From assembly GCA_944350265.1 (NCBI GenBank), contig CALVOG010000001.1:85470-149469 (forward strand): 64,000 nucleotides of DNA. The letters are read 5' to 3'. Made by a program: the position numbers and the translations under genes. Positions 56,555-64,000 of this stretch are shown one piece after another. Every line of letters begins with the position of its first letter. Positions within the stretch are counted from its first letter, which is position 1. Origin of the DNA: an uncultured Clostridia bacterium (lineage in GTDB: Bacteria; Bacillota; Clostridia; Christensenellales; UBA1242). A model generated the notes under the pieces. It ran no database searches. It was not told the origin of the DNA and saw only the letters and a program-made list of their open reading frames with translations.

Positions 56555-57274
56555 TCAAAAACTGTTTTTTGCAATTTGATACATAATAATCGACCCGCTG
56601 ACGCCCGCATTTAAACTCTCAATGTTGCCTTTCATAGGTATGGATAAGGAAGTTTTGCAAAGTTTTGAAATTTCCTCGCTCACCCCTTGCCCCTCATTGC
56701 CAACAACAACGCCAATAGGATTTTCGAAAACCTTTTTGAAAATATTTTCGCCGTTCATATCGCATTTTGCAAGCGGTAATTTGTTTGAAACAGCAAACTC
56801 AATAAACTCTTCTTTTGACATTTCAAACACATTTTGGTTAAAAACTGCACCAACTGAACTTCTCACCAATTTTGCATTTGTGATATGAACACTATCCACC
56901 AAAAACACCGCCGAAAAACCACAAGCGACGCTTGTTCTTATAAGCGTTCCCGCGTTGCCGGGGTCTTGGAGCGCATCCAGCACCAAGAAATTGCCCATAG
57001 TAGGGGAAAGTTCTTGCCTTTTAAACTCCGCCACACAAAGCACACCTTGTGGAGTGACGGTGTCGGCAAGCATATTTATCGTCCTATCATCCGTCCTATA
57101 AACTTTAACATCGCCCGCGTCAAACGGCAAGGTTTCGAAAGTTGATAAAATGAGTTTTGCATTTATCTTTGGAAGTGCGTCCTTGATAATTTTGACATTA
57201 TCCAAAAAAAGCAAAGACTTCTGTTGTTTTTGCTTTTTAAGGTTTGAAATTAACTCTTTTGTCGCGCGTTCCAT
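56555..57274 (-). CDS. TrmH/SpoU family RNA 2'-O-methyltransferase (YsgA-like)
   Basis: LDALQDPGNAGTLIRT, VVGNEGQGVS and IPMKGNIESLNA. Located after rplT, as ysgA is in Bacillus. Confidence 0.85.
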   Translation of the reverse strand: MERATKELISNLKKQKQQKSLLFLDNVKIIKDALPKINAKLILSTFETLPFDAGDVKVYRTDDRTINMLADTVTPQGVLCVAEFKRQELSPTMGNFLVLDALQDPGNAGTLIRTSVACGFSAVFLVDSVHITNAKLVRSSVGAVFNQNVFEMSKEEFIEFAVSNKLPLAKCDMNGENIFKKVFENPIGVVVGNEGQGVSEEISKLCKTSLSIPMKGNIESLNAGVSGSIIMYQIAKNSF

Positions 57275-57621
57275 TACGCCTTCTTAGCGGTTTCGACAAG
57301 TTTTGCGAAAGTTTCTGGTTCTCTTACGGCAATATCAGCAAGCACCTTGCGGTTGAGTGCGACATTTGCTTTTTTAAGCCCAGAGATGAACCTTGAATAA
57401 GAGATGTCGTTTTGACGGCATCCAGCGTTAATTCTTGTAATCCAAAGAGCGCGGAAGTCTCTCTTCTTTTGTTTTCTGCCAATATAAGCATATTGACCAG
57501 ACTTCATCACCTGCTCTCTTGCGGTTCTATACAGTTTGCTTTTTGCGCCAAAATAACCTTTGGCTGACTTTAAGATTTTTCTACGCTTTTTAACGGCATT
57601 CACGCCTCTTTTAATTCTCAT
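57274..57621 (-). CDS. rplT: 50S ribosomal protein L20
   Basis: [25 protein letters not shown]... Confidence 0.97.
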   Translation of the reverse strand: MRIKRGVNAVKKRRKILKSAKGYFGAKSKLYRTAREQVMKSGQYAYIGRKQKKRDFRALWITRINAGCRQNDISYSRFISGLKKANVALNRKVLADIAVREPETFAKLVETAKKA

Positions 57622-57634
57622 CTGTTACCTCCAA

Positions 57635-57829
57635 TTACTTAACAAGCAGTGTCTTAATGTTGGCTTGATTTTTGCCGTTAATATAAGACCCCTTTCTGAG
57701 TTTTCTTTTACGATTTTTGTTTTTCACAGTTAAGAAGTGACCTTTGCCAGGTCTTGCATACTTAACCTTTCCTGTTGCAGTGAGAGAAAAACGTTTTTTT
57801 GCTCCACTGTGTGTTTTTTGCTTAGGCAT
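57635..57829 (-). CDS. rpmI: 50S ribosomal protein L35
   Basis: MPKQKTHSGAKKRF... Confidence 0.97.
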   Translation of the reverse strand: MPKQKTHSGAKKRFSLTATGKVKYARPGKGHFLTVKNKNRKRKLRKGSYINGKNQANIKTLLVK

Positions 57830-57842
57830 AACTTTTCTCCTT

Positions 57843-58358
57843 TTATTTTGTCTTTTTTGGGTTGATTACAACGATAACATTTCTTCCAACAATTTCCGGC
57901 TTTTTGTCGGTGGTGCCGAACTCGCTAAGTGCGGTAACAAAATTATCAACCACCTCGACTGCGTTTTTCGCATAGGCCTGTTCGCGTCCACGCATACGAA
58001 GTGACACCTTCACCTTGTCGCCGTCTTGCAAGATTTTTTGAGCGTTTTTGAGTTTGAAGTTGATGTGGTATTGGTCGATGCGCATCGAAAGTTGAATTTC
58101 TTTAAGTTCCACAATCTTTTGATTTTTCTTTAACTCTTTTTCGCGCTTAATGCTGTCAAAGCGAAATTTTCCGTAGTCCATAATTTTGCACACGGCAGGG
58201 TTGGAACTCCCTGACATAAGCACCAGGTCTAACCCCTCGTTTTCAGCAATCTTCCTTGCTTTTTCGATTGGCATAACGCCGAGTTGTTCGCCGTTTTCGC
58301 CAATAAGTCTCACCTCTTTTGCGGTGATTTGTTCGTTTGTTAATTGTTCCTTAAAAAT
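57843..58358 (-). CDS. infC: translation initiation factor IF-3 (ATT start)
   Basis: ...NEQITAKEVRLIGENGEQLGVMPIEKARKIAENEGLDLV... An ATT codon lies 9 nt after AAAGGAG. The longer ORF in the track runs through the leader and promoter. Confidence 0.85.
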   Translation of the reverse strand: MFKEQLTNEQITAKEVRLIGENGEQLGVMPIEKARKIAENEGLDLVLMSGSSNPAVCKIMDYGKFRFDSIKREKELKKNQKIVELKEIQLSMRIDQYHINFKLKNAQKILQDGDKVKVSLRMRGREQAYAKNAVEVVDNFVTALSEFGTTDKKPEIVGRNVIVVINPKKTK

Positions 58359-58498
58359 TGTCGTAATCTCCTTTAAAAAAAATTTTTGGCAGAAAGAATG
58401 CTCCCCACCAAAAAATAATAAATACATATTAGATTTTGTGACCGTATCAAAACGAAATTCGATAGGTGAGAAGGGAACTTCTACTTTCTTACGTGTGC
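58359..58498 (-). promoter_or_regulatory. infC-rpmI-rplT leader with attenuator-like hairpin (L20-leader-type candidate)
   Basis: A transcribed leader of about 140 nt between the promoter and the SD. It ends in a hairpin TTGGTGGGGA...TCTTTCTGCCAA followed by AAAAATTTTTTTT, immediately 5' of AAAGGAG. Confidence 0.4.
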
Positions 58499-58527
58499 AT
58501 TTTAGCACAACAAAATAATTTTGTCAA
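58499..58527 (-). promoter_or_regulatory. sigma-A type promoter of the infC operon
   Basis: On the minus strand: TTGACA, 17 nt spacer, TAAAAT. Confidence 0.6.
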
Positions 58528-58580
58528 CCATTTTTCATAACTTTTTCAAATTTGCAAGACTTTTTTGTTTTAAGAATAAC

Positions 58581-58692
58581 TTTAAGTGGCATTTTTAGAA
58601 TTTTTGTAAGTCGTTCTACGACGAGATTATTCGCTGGCGCTAGAGTGCTCCTTGCTCAGAATGACAACAAACCACACTGCCTCACGGTAAAG
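58581..58692 (-). repeat. GTCATTCTGAG-family mosaic repeat, copy 10 (reverse)
   Basis: TTTAAGTGGCATTTTTAGAATTTTTGTAAGTCGTTCTACGACGAG...GCTCAGAATGAC, core at 58655-58665. Confidence 0.8.
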
Positions 58693-58713
58693 ATGTTATG
58701 GCGCGTTAAGCGA

Positions 58714-58825
58714 TTTTAAGAGGACTTTTTAGACATTCGCAAGCAGTTCCTCGACCATTCTTCGCTGGCGTCGCTATCGCTCCCCTGCTCAAAATGACAT
58801 TTAATGCTACCGCCTTTCGGTATGG
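58714..58825 (-). repeat. GTCATTCTGAG-family mosaic repeat, copy 11 (reverse, degenerate core CTCAAAATGAC)
   Basis: TTTTAAGAGGACTTTTTAGACATTCGC...GACCATTCTTCGCTGGCG...CTCAAAATGAC (58788-58798), then CGCCTTTCGGTATGG. Confidence 0.75.
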
Positions 58826-58964
58826 CTATACTGCAACGACGCAGTGTATTTTTAATGTGTCGCGTGTTAAACTCTATCGCTTATGCCAAAGTTTATCACT
58901 TCATAACCGCCCTGCAGACGTCAAAAACATCCTCATAAAACACTTTAACGGCTTTACCTATGAA

Positions 58965-60257
58965 TCAGCCAACATTTTCGCTTGTTTCTTGTTTATCCAG
59001 CACTTCCGTTCGTTTGATTAGCATAGGTTTTGTGCCAAATTCCATAAAATCTCTGGTGATTATCACTTTCTCATAAACTTTTGGGTCAGGCAGGTCGAAC
59101 ATAAGCTCGGTCATTCTTGTTTCGATAATCGTTCGAATACCTCTTGCGCCCGTTTTAAGTTCCATCGCCTTGTTGGCAACGTAATTTATCGCCTCTCTAT
59201 CGAATTCCAGCGTGAAGCCGTCCATTTTGAAAAGTTCGATATACTGCTTAATTAGGCTGTTTTTCGGCTCAACCAAAATTTTTTCAAGTGCCGACTGGTC
59301 GAGGTTGTCAAGCCCGGTGATAATTGGAAGCCTGCCCACAAATTCTGGGATAAGCCCGAATTTTATGAGGTCGTCAGGCTGAACATCTTTTGAGTAGTTG
59401 ATTTTTGCGCGCTCGGTGGAATTTTTAATTTCCGCATTAAAGCCAAGCGCCGACGACGCCATTCGCTTATATATTATGTCGTCAAGCCCAACAAACGCCC
59501 CGCCACAAATGAAGAGGATGTTTGTTGTGTCGATTTGAAGCATCTCTTGATGAGGATGTTTTCTCCCGCCCTGTGGAGGCACCGATGCAACCGTGCTTTC
59601 GATAATTTTCAAAAGCGCCTGTTGCACGCCCTCGCCACCGACATCTCTTGTTATCGAGCGGTTTTCGCTCTTACGTGAAATTTTGTCGATTTCGTCGATG
59701 TAAATTATTCCTCTTTCGGCGCGCGCAATGTCGTAGTCGGCGTTTTGGATGAGTTTCAAAAGCACGTTTTCAACGTCCTCGCCAACATACCCCGCCTCGG
59801 TGAGCGTTGTGGCGTCGGCGATAGCGAAAGGCACGTCCAAAATTTTGGCAAGGGTTTTAACAAGCAAAGTTTTGCCCGACCCCGTTGGACCAATCATAAG
59901 GATATTACTTTTTTCAAGTTCAACATTATTTTCATTTTTCTTCTTTTTGCCGTCGAGTTTTAAGTGGTTGTTATAGTTAATTCTTTTATAATGGTTAAAA
60001 ACGGCAACAGAAAGCACCTTTTTGGCTTGGTCCTGCCCAATCACATAGTTGTCGAGTTGCTTTTTGATTTCTTTTGGAGACGGAATTTCAAGGTCTTTAT
60101 ACACCTTAACTTTAAGAGTGTCTTCCTTAATAATATCCAAGCAAATTCGCACGCAATCGTCGCAAATATACGCATCGCCGTTCGGTGACGCAATCAGTTT
60201 TTTTGCACTACTTTGTGGCTTACCGCAAAAAGTGCAGTAAACTTCCATTTCCTTCAT
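58965..60257 (-). CDS. clpX: ATP-dependent Clp protease ATP-binding subunit ClpX
   Basis: Zinc-binding N-domain CTFCGK...CDDC, Walker [21 protein letters not shown] and the pore loop GYVGEDV. Confidence 0.97.
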   Translation of the reverse strand: MKEMEVYCTFCGKPQSSAKKLIASPNGDAYICDDCVRICLDIIKEDTLKVKVYKDLEIPSPKEIKKQLDNYVIGQDQAKKVLSVAVFNHYKRINYNNHLKLDGKKKKNENNVELEKSNILMIGPTGSGKTLLVKTLAKILDVPFAIADATTLTEAGYVGEDVENVLLKLIQNADYDIARAERGIIYIDEIDKISRKSENRSITRDVGGEGVQQALLKIIESTVASVPPQGGRKHPHQEMLQIDTTNILFICGGAFVGLDDIIYKRMASSALGFNAEIKNSTERAKINYSKDVQPDDLIKFGLIPEFVGRLPIITGLDNLDQSALEKILVEPKNSLIKQYIELFKMDGFTLEFDREAINYVANKAMELKTGARGIRTIIETRMTELMFDLPDPKVYEKVIITRDFMEFGTKPMLIKRTEVLDKQETSENVG

Positions 60258-60364
60258 AAATCTCCTTAAACAATTTTTTATGCAATTTTATGCTATTAAT
60301 TTTTCTTTCAAGTGTAATTTTTAGAGTAATAGTTTAATTTAAAAATCTAATTTTACCTCATATG

Positions 60365-60437
60365 AACGCTTAGCGCGCCATACCGCCTCTACCGCTAGGA
60401 CTATCAGTTATTTGTCATTCTGAGGTGGCATTGCCAC
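60365..60437 (+). repeat. GTCATTCTGAG-family mosaic repeat, copy 12 (forward, truncated, ends in GTGGCATTGCCAC hairpin)
   Basis: Left module CTCTACCGCTAGGACTATCAG, core at 60413. Confidence 0.8.
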
Positions 60438-60450
60438 GTTTTATATTACG

Positions 60451-60567
60451 TTCAACGCGCGGTATAGCCTCTACCACTAGGACTGCCACCCTGTTTGTCA
60501 TTCTGAGGCGAAGCCGAAGAATCTCGTCGTAGCTCCCGCCCGCGTATGTCTTATTCTTCCTCTTAAA
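60451..60567 (+). repeat. GTCATTCTGAG-family mosaic repeat, copy 13 (forward, long form)
   Basis: AACGCGCGGTATAGCCTCTACCACTAGGACTGCC, core at 60496, then CTCGTCGTAGCTCCCGCCCGCGTATGTCTTATTCTTCCTCTT. Confidence 0.85.
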
Positions 60568-60592
60568 AAATGTTTGATAAGTTAAGCGCTTT

Positions 60593-60699
60593 ATTTTAAG
60601 TGGTAATTTTCGAGTTTTTGTAAGCCGTTCTACGACCATTCTTCGCTGACGTCGCCTTGCTCCTTGCTCAGAATGACATTTAACGGTCTCGTCTTTCGG
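60593..60699 (-). repeat. GTCATTCTGAG-family mosaic repeat, copy 14 (reverse)
   Basis: TTTTAAGTGGTAATTTTCGAGTTTTTGTAAGCCGTTCTACGACCATTCTTCGCTGACG...GCTCAGAATGAC, core at 60666-60676. Confidence 0.85.
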
Positions 60700-60720
60700 C
60701 AAATACAATGTTGGTTAAAT

Positions 60721-61308
60721 TTAGTTTGCTTTACGCGATTTGAAGATGTTGTCGATAAGCCCGTATTCCTTCGCCTCTTCTGGCGACATAAAGTTGTCAC
60801 GGTCGGTGTCTTTTTCGATAACTTCAAGCGGTTTTCCTGTGTTCTCGCTCAAAATTTTGTTGAGTTTTCCTTTAATGTTCAAAATATGGCGCGCTTGAAT
60901 TTCAATATCGCTCGCCTGCCCTTGCGCTCCGCCAAGAGGTTGGTGAATCATAATTTCGCTGTTTGGAAGAGCAAAACGCTTCCCCTTCGCCCCGCTCGAC
61001 AAAAGGAAGGCGCCCATTGAAGCGGCAAGCCCCACGCAAATTGTGGAAACATCGCACTTAATATAGTTCATTGTGTCGTAGATTGCCATTCCCGCACTCA
61101 CCGACCCGCCAGGGCTATTAATATAGATAAAGATATCCTTATCTGGGTTTTTGCCCTCAAGATAGATGAGTTGCGCGATAACAATGTTGGCGGTTTCGTC
61201 GGTTATTTCGCCCGCCAAAAAGATAATTCTATCCTCTAATAATCTTGAGTAGATGTCATAAGACCTTTCATTTGCTCCTGTTTGGTCAACAACCATAGGT
61301 ATAAGCAT
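60721..61308 (-). CDS. clpP: ATP-dependent Clp protease proteolytic subunit
   Basis: Catalytic Ser in [11 protein letters not shown] and His in MIHQPLGG. 195 aa. SD AAGGAGGAAATT. Confidence 0.97.
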   Translation of the reverse strand: MLIPMVVDQTGANERSYDIYSRLLEDRIIFLAGEITDETANIVIAQLIYLEGKNPDKDIFIYINSPGGSVSAGMAIYDTMNYIKCDVSTICVGLAASMGAFLLSSGAKGKRFALPNSEIMIHQPLGGAQGQASDIEIQARHILNIKGKLNKILSENTGKPLEVIEKDTDRDNFMSPEEAKEYGLIDNIFKSRKAN

Positions 61309-61334
61309 ACAATTTCCTCCTTAAAATAAATTTT

Positions 61335-61360
61335 TCTAAAAGCGCATAAAATTTATGCGC
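61335..61360 (-). terminator. tig terminator / 19-bp perfect palindrome immediately upstream of the clpP SD
   Basis: GCGCATAAA-T-TTTATGCGC, followed on the minus strand by TTTTAG. Confidence 0.55.
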
Positions 61361-61366
61361 AAATTC

Positions 61367-62731
61367 TTAGTTCTTCTTAGTGGTTTTCTTTGGTTCCTTT
61401 TTATCAGCCTTCTTTTCTTCCTCTTTTTTCTCCACTTTTTTCGCTTTACTTTCCTTTTCTTTCACGCTTTTTTCAGGTTCTTCTTCAACAATGGTGTTGT
61501 GAGCCAAAAGATACTCAAAAACCTTTTCTCTTTCAGCGTTCAAAACGGCAAGTTCCTCAAGGTCGTTCGAATCTGGCAAGTTCACGCGAAGTTTTGCTTT
61601 GGTCGCCTCAATTTCCTCATTTGTAAGCTTAATATTGAGTTCCTCAACAAGTTTTTTAATGATGTAACGAATTCTCACTCCAGCGTCAGCGTGAGCAGCA
61701 CTAGAATGGATGAAGTCCTTCCTTGTCATACCAAGCCTTTCGAAGTATTCATCGGAGGTGAGCCCAAGCCCCTTAGCAGCAGTTTCGATTTCGTCGAGGT
61801 CGGAGCGAACGCAGTTTTGCACAATAAATTCTGGCGCTTTGAATGGCGAGTTGTCAACGATGTAAGCGAGGATATCGTTTTTAAGTGAGCTTTCGGCGAA
61901 GTTCTTCTTCCTATTTTGAATATTCTCTATTACCTTCTTTTTATACTCCTCAACCGTTTCAAATTCTGTCGCATTAGAGATAAACTTGTCGTCAAGGGTT
62001 GGCACATTCTTTTCTCTAACCTCTTTAACAAGCACGTCAAAGATGGCGTCCTTATCAGCGTATTCCTTCACATACTCGCTTGGGAATTTAACCTCAACCT
62101 TAACCTTGTCACCCTTCTTTTTGCCAACAAGTTGTTCTTCAAACCCAGGGATGAACATATGCGAGCCGAGTGTGAGAGGATAATTTTCCGCTCTTCCACC
62201 TTCGATTTCCTTCCCGTCAACGCTTCCATTGAAATCGATAAGCACCTGGTCGCCGTCCTTACTAGCCCTATCCACCGCCTCGTATTTGCTGTTGTCCTCT
62301 AAGAGTGAGTCGATTTCCATTTGAATGTCGCCTTCGGTCACTTCAACAGGCATTTTCTTAAACGTGAGCCCAGTATACTTACACAGTTTAATCTCTGGCT
62401 CAATCTCGAAAGTGAGCGTAAATTTCAAGCCGTCATCGTCTATGCGTAAGTCGGAAACTTTTGGTCTTTCGATAGGCGGTTTTGTTTCGTTCTTGCTGGC
62501 ATAGTCTTGCATAGCCTTGGCAATAACGGCGCTCACAGCGCTATCGTAAAAAACGTCGTCGCCATAATTTTTTTCAATAACTTTCTTTGGTGCGTGTCCT
62601 GGTCTAAAACCGGTGACAGCGTAGCGATGCTTATTGCGCTCATACGCCATCTCGATTTCATTTTCCCATTCTTTTTTGGTGATGCTAACTTTAATAGTCA
62701 CCACATTGTCTTTTTCGCTTTGTTCAAACAT
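61367..62731 (-). CDS. tig: trigger factor
   Basis: An N-terminal ribosome-binding domain (GFRPGHAPKKVIEK), an FKBP-like PPIase domain and a C-terminal arm domain. The ATG at 62731 follows AAGGAGAAG. A lysine/glutamate-rich tail of about 45 aa is present. Confidence 0.9.
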   Translation of the reverse strand: MFEQSEKDNVVTIKVSITKKEWENEIEMAYERNKHRYAVTGFRPGHAPKKVIEKNYGDDVFYDSAVSAVIAKAMQDYASKNETKPPIERPKVSDLRIDDDGLKFTLTFEIEPEIKLCKYTGLTFKKMPVEVTEGDIQMEIDSLLEDNSKYEAVDRASKDGDQVLIDFNGSVDGKEIEGGRAENYPLTLGSHMFIPGFEEQLVGKKKGDKVKVEVKFPSEYVKEYADKDAIFDVLVKEVREKNVPTLDDKFISNATEFETVEEYKKKVIENIQNRKKNFAESSLKNDILAYIVDNSPFKAPEFIVQNCVRSDLDEIETAAKGLGLTSDEYFERLGMTRKDFIHSSAAHADAGVRIRYIIKKLVEELNIKLTNEEIEATKAKLRVNLPDSNDLEELAVLNAEREKVFEYLLAHNTIVEEEPEKSVKEKESKAKKVEKKEEEKKADKKEPKKTTKKN

Positions 62732-62920
62732 ACACTTCTCCTTATTGTTAAATTTTGTATTTTTCAAAGCCCAAATACAAGCACTATTTTAGCACACAAA
62801 AAATAAAAAAGCAATCATTATTTGCGATTATTAAAAATATTATGAATTATCCTATGACAATTTTGTCGAATAATTGTGAATTATGTCGAATATAGCGATT
62901 TATGCGATTTTTTGCACGTA

Positions 62921-62953
62921 TTTTAAAAATTAAAACGGACTAATTTTGTCCGC
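62921..62953 (-). terminator. possible terminator overlapping the stop of the DivIVA-domain gene
   Basis: On the minus strand: GCGGAC-aaaatta-GTCCGT, followed by TTTAATTTTT. Confidence 0.35.
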
Positions 62954-63821
62954 TTTTTTTGCTGTCGTTATAAAAATCAAACGCTTTCATAATCTCCTCT
63001 AAGCCCACTTTTGGATGCAATGCCTCCTCAAAACTGAAACCACTTTCGCTTTTTGGATACTTTGAAACACCTTCGTCAGGCGTTATTCTCTTTCCATTAT
63101 AATAGGAATTATTTTCAAAAGGATTTTCCTCGCGCGTGCCATTTTTTAAGTTATGCGCATTTAATTCGCGTGCCTCGTTAGGTTTGTGCAGAGTGTTATT
63201 TAACTCGCGTGCGTCATTAGCCTCGCCCGACATATCCTCCACCCTATCTTTTGGCTTAAACACGAAACTGTTGCGCTTATAGAAGTTGGTATATTTTGTG
63301 GTGTCGGCGCTAGACGGCGTTATCTTAACCTCTTTCGCCTCTTTTTTTGGCAGATTACGCTCCTGCATTTTGTTTAGAAGTATGCGCATTGTGTCGTTTG
63401 AAGAGTTAAGTGTGCTTGTCATACTGTTTTCTGGCACAAACTTCTCCTTATAGTCGTTGACGAGGTTATATAATTCGCCCAAAATGTTGTTATATTCGCT
63501 GTTTCGGCGCATATTGGGAAAGCGCATATCAAGTTCGTTTATGAGAAGTTTGAGTTTGTCAAAAACGAGGGAATAGAAATTGCGCGTGCCTTCCTCTTGA
63601 AATTTTTTCGCCTTTTCTAAAACGTCAAGCGCTTCCATTATGCTCTTTTCCTTGTGCGCGATATCGCTATGTTGATTTTTGAAGGTTAAAAGACGACGCT
63701 CGCTTTCCAGCGTTTTCAACTTCTCGTCCATAAGCTTAGACTCATAGCTTGCCTTCAAGCGCTCAATGTAGGCATCCACCTCTTTTTTATTGTAGCCATA
63801 TGGTTGTTCTGTAAAATTCAT
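62940..63821 (-). CDS. DivIVA domain-containing protein
   Basis: The N-terminus reads F..QPYGYNKKEVDAYIERL, which is the DivIVA lipid-binding/coiled-coil motif. Coiled-coil follows, then a low-complexity C-terminal half with the duplicated block N(D/E)ARELN. Confidence 0.75.
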   Translation of the reverse strand: MNFTEQPYGYNKKEVDAYIERLKASYESKLMDEKLKTLESERRLLTFKNQHSDIAHKEKSIMEALDVLEKAKKFQEEGTRNFYSLVFDKLKLLINELDMRFPNMRRNSEYNNILGELYNLVNDYKEKFVPENSMTSTLNSSNDTMRILLNKMQERNLPKKEAKEVKITPSSADTTKYTNFYKRNSFVFKPKDRVEDMSGEANDARELNNTLHKPNEARELNAHNLKNGTREENPFENNSYYNGKRITPDEGVSKYPKSESGFSFEEALHPKVGLEEIMKAFDFYNDSKKSGQN

Positions 63822-63957
63822 CTCAAACTCCTTCTTTTATTTTTAACACAATCACTGCGTCTTACAAAATTATTGTCAACATTTTGTTACTCACTTATTT
63901 ATTATCATATTGCTTTTCTTTTGCGAAATTTTGTCGGCATTTTAATAAATGTTCTAA

Positions 63958-63993
63958 TTTATAAAACCAAACGAGTTTATAAAACCAAACGAG
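63958..63993 (+). repeat. two tandem copies of an 18-bp unit
   Basis: TTTATAAAACCAAACGAG occurs twice in tandem. Confidence 0.8.
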
Positions 63994-64000
63994 CTGGACT

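Noticed and set aside
58359-58508. N-terminal 50-aa extension of infC in the ORF track (ORF 57843..58508)
   Set aside because: The extension overlaps the mapped -10 box and the leader, has no IF-3 homology and is preceded by no SD. An ATT start at 58358 with AAAGGAG fits known infC biology.

Overview
This looks like a chromosomal segment from a low/medium-GC, spore-forming Firmicute of the Clostridia type (spoVAD, spoVAE and yunB are present). I call 53 protein-coding genes, nearly all housekeeping.

Gene content:
- Translation and tRNA/rRNA modification: rbfA, truB, efp, valS, pheST, ileS, thiI, queA-tgt, tcdA, infC-rpmI-rplT, plus several pseudouridine synthases and methyltransferases.
- Recombination and repair: recN, ruvCAB, comM-dprA-topA.
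- Proteostasis: hslU, clpX, clpP, tig.
- Fe-S and thiol metabolism: two cysteine desulfurases, nifU, trxA.
- RNA decay: rny.

I found no rRNA, tRNA, canonical CRISPR array, cas gene, transposase, integrase or phage gene. I also see no obvious multi-gene defence or secondary-metabolite cluster.

The unusual signal is non-coding. By my gene calls about 11.5 kb (about 18%) is intergenic, and most long spacers consist of repeats:
1. A mosaic dispersed repeat family built around GTCATTCTGAGCGAAGCGAAGAATCTCGTCGTAG, with at least 14 copies in both orientations, all intergenic.
2. Two GC-rich nested inverted-repeat elements of about 125 nt that can fold as four-way junctions (21328-21452 and 54764-54885).
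3. Echoes of the last 13-30 bp of queA and of yunB, repeated downstream of each gene at a 54-65 bp period (124 bp to the most distal yunB copy).
4. Helically phased A-tract arrays upstream of tgt, trxA and a methyltransferase gene.
5. Many short tandem duplications.

Coding-level oddities:
- A protein with an HEPN-like Rx4H N-terminal domain fused to a CBS pair, behind a 1 kb repeat-laden leader.
- A divergent TrmFO-like gene directly followed by hslU, with no hslV.
- A fragmented spoVA locus.
- A low-GC, translationally coupled PfkB kinase / IMPase pair next to a convergent strand-polarity switch.
- A 48-aa lysine-rich ORF that is missing from the ORF track.
- Two candidate leaderless mRNAs.
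- An ATT-initiated infC.

All functional calls come from motif recognition by eye. No database search was run.
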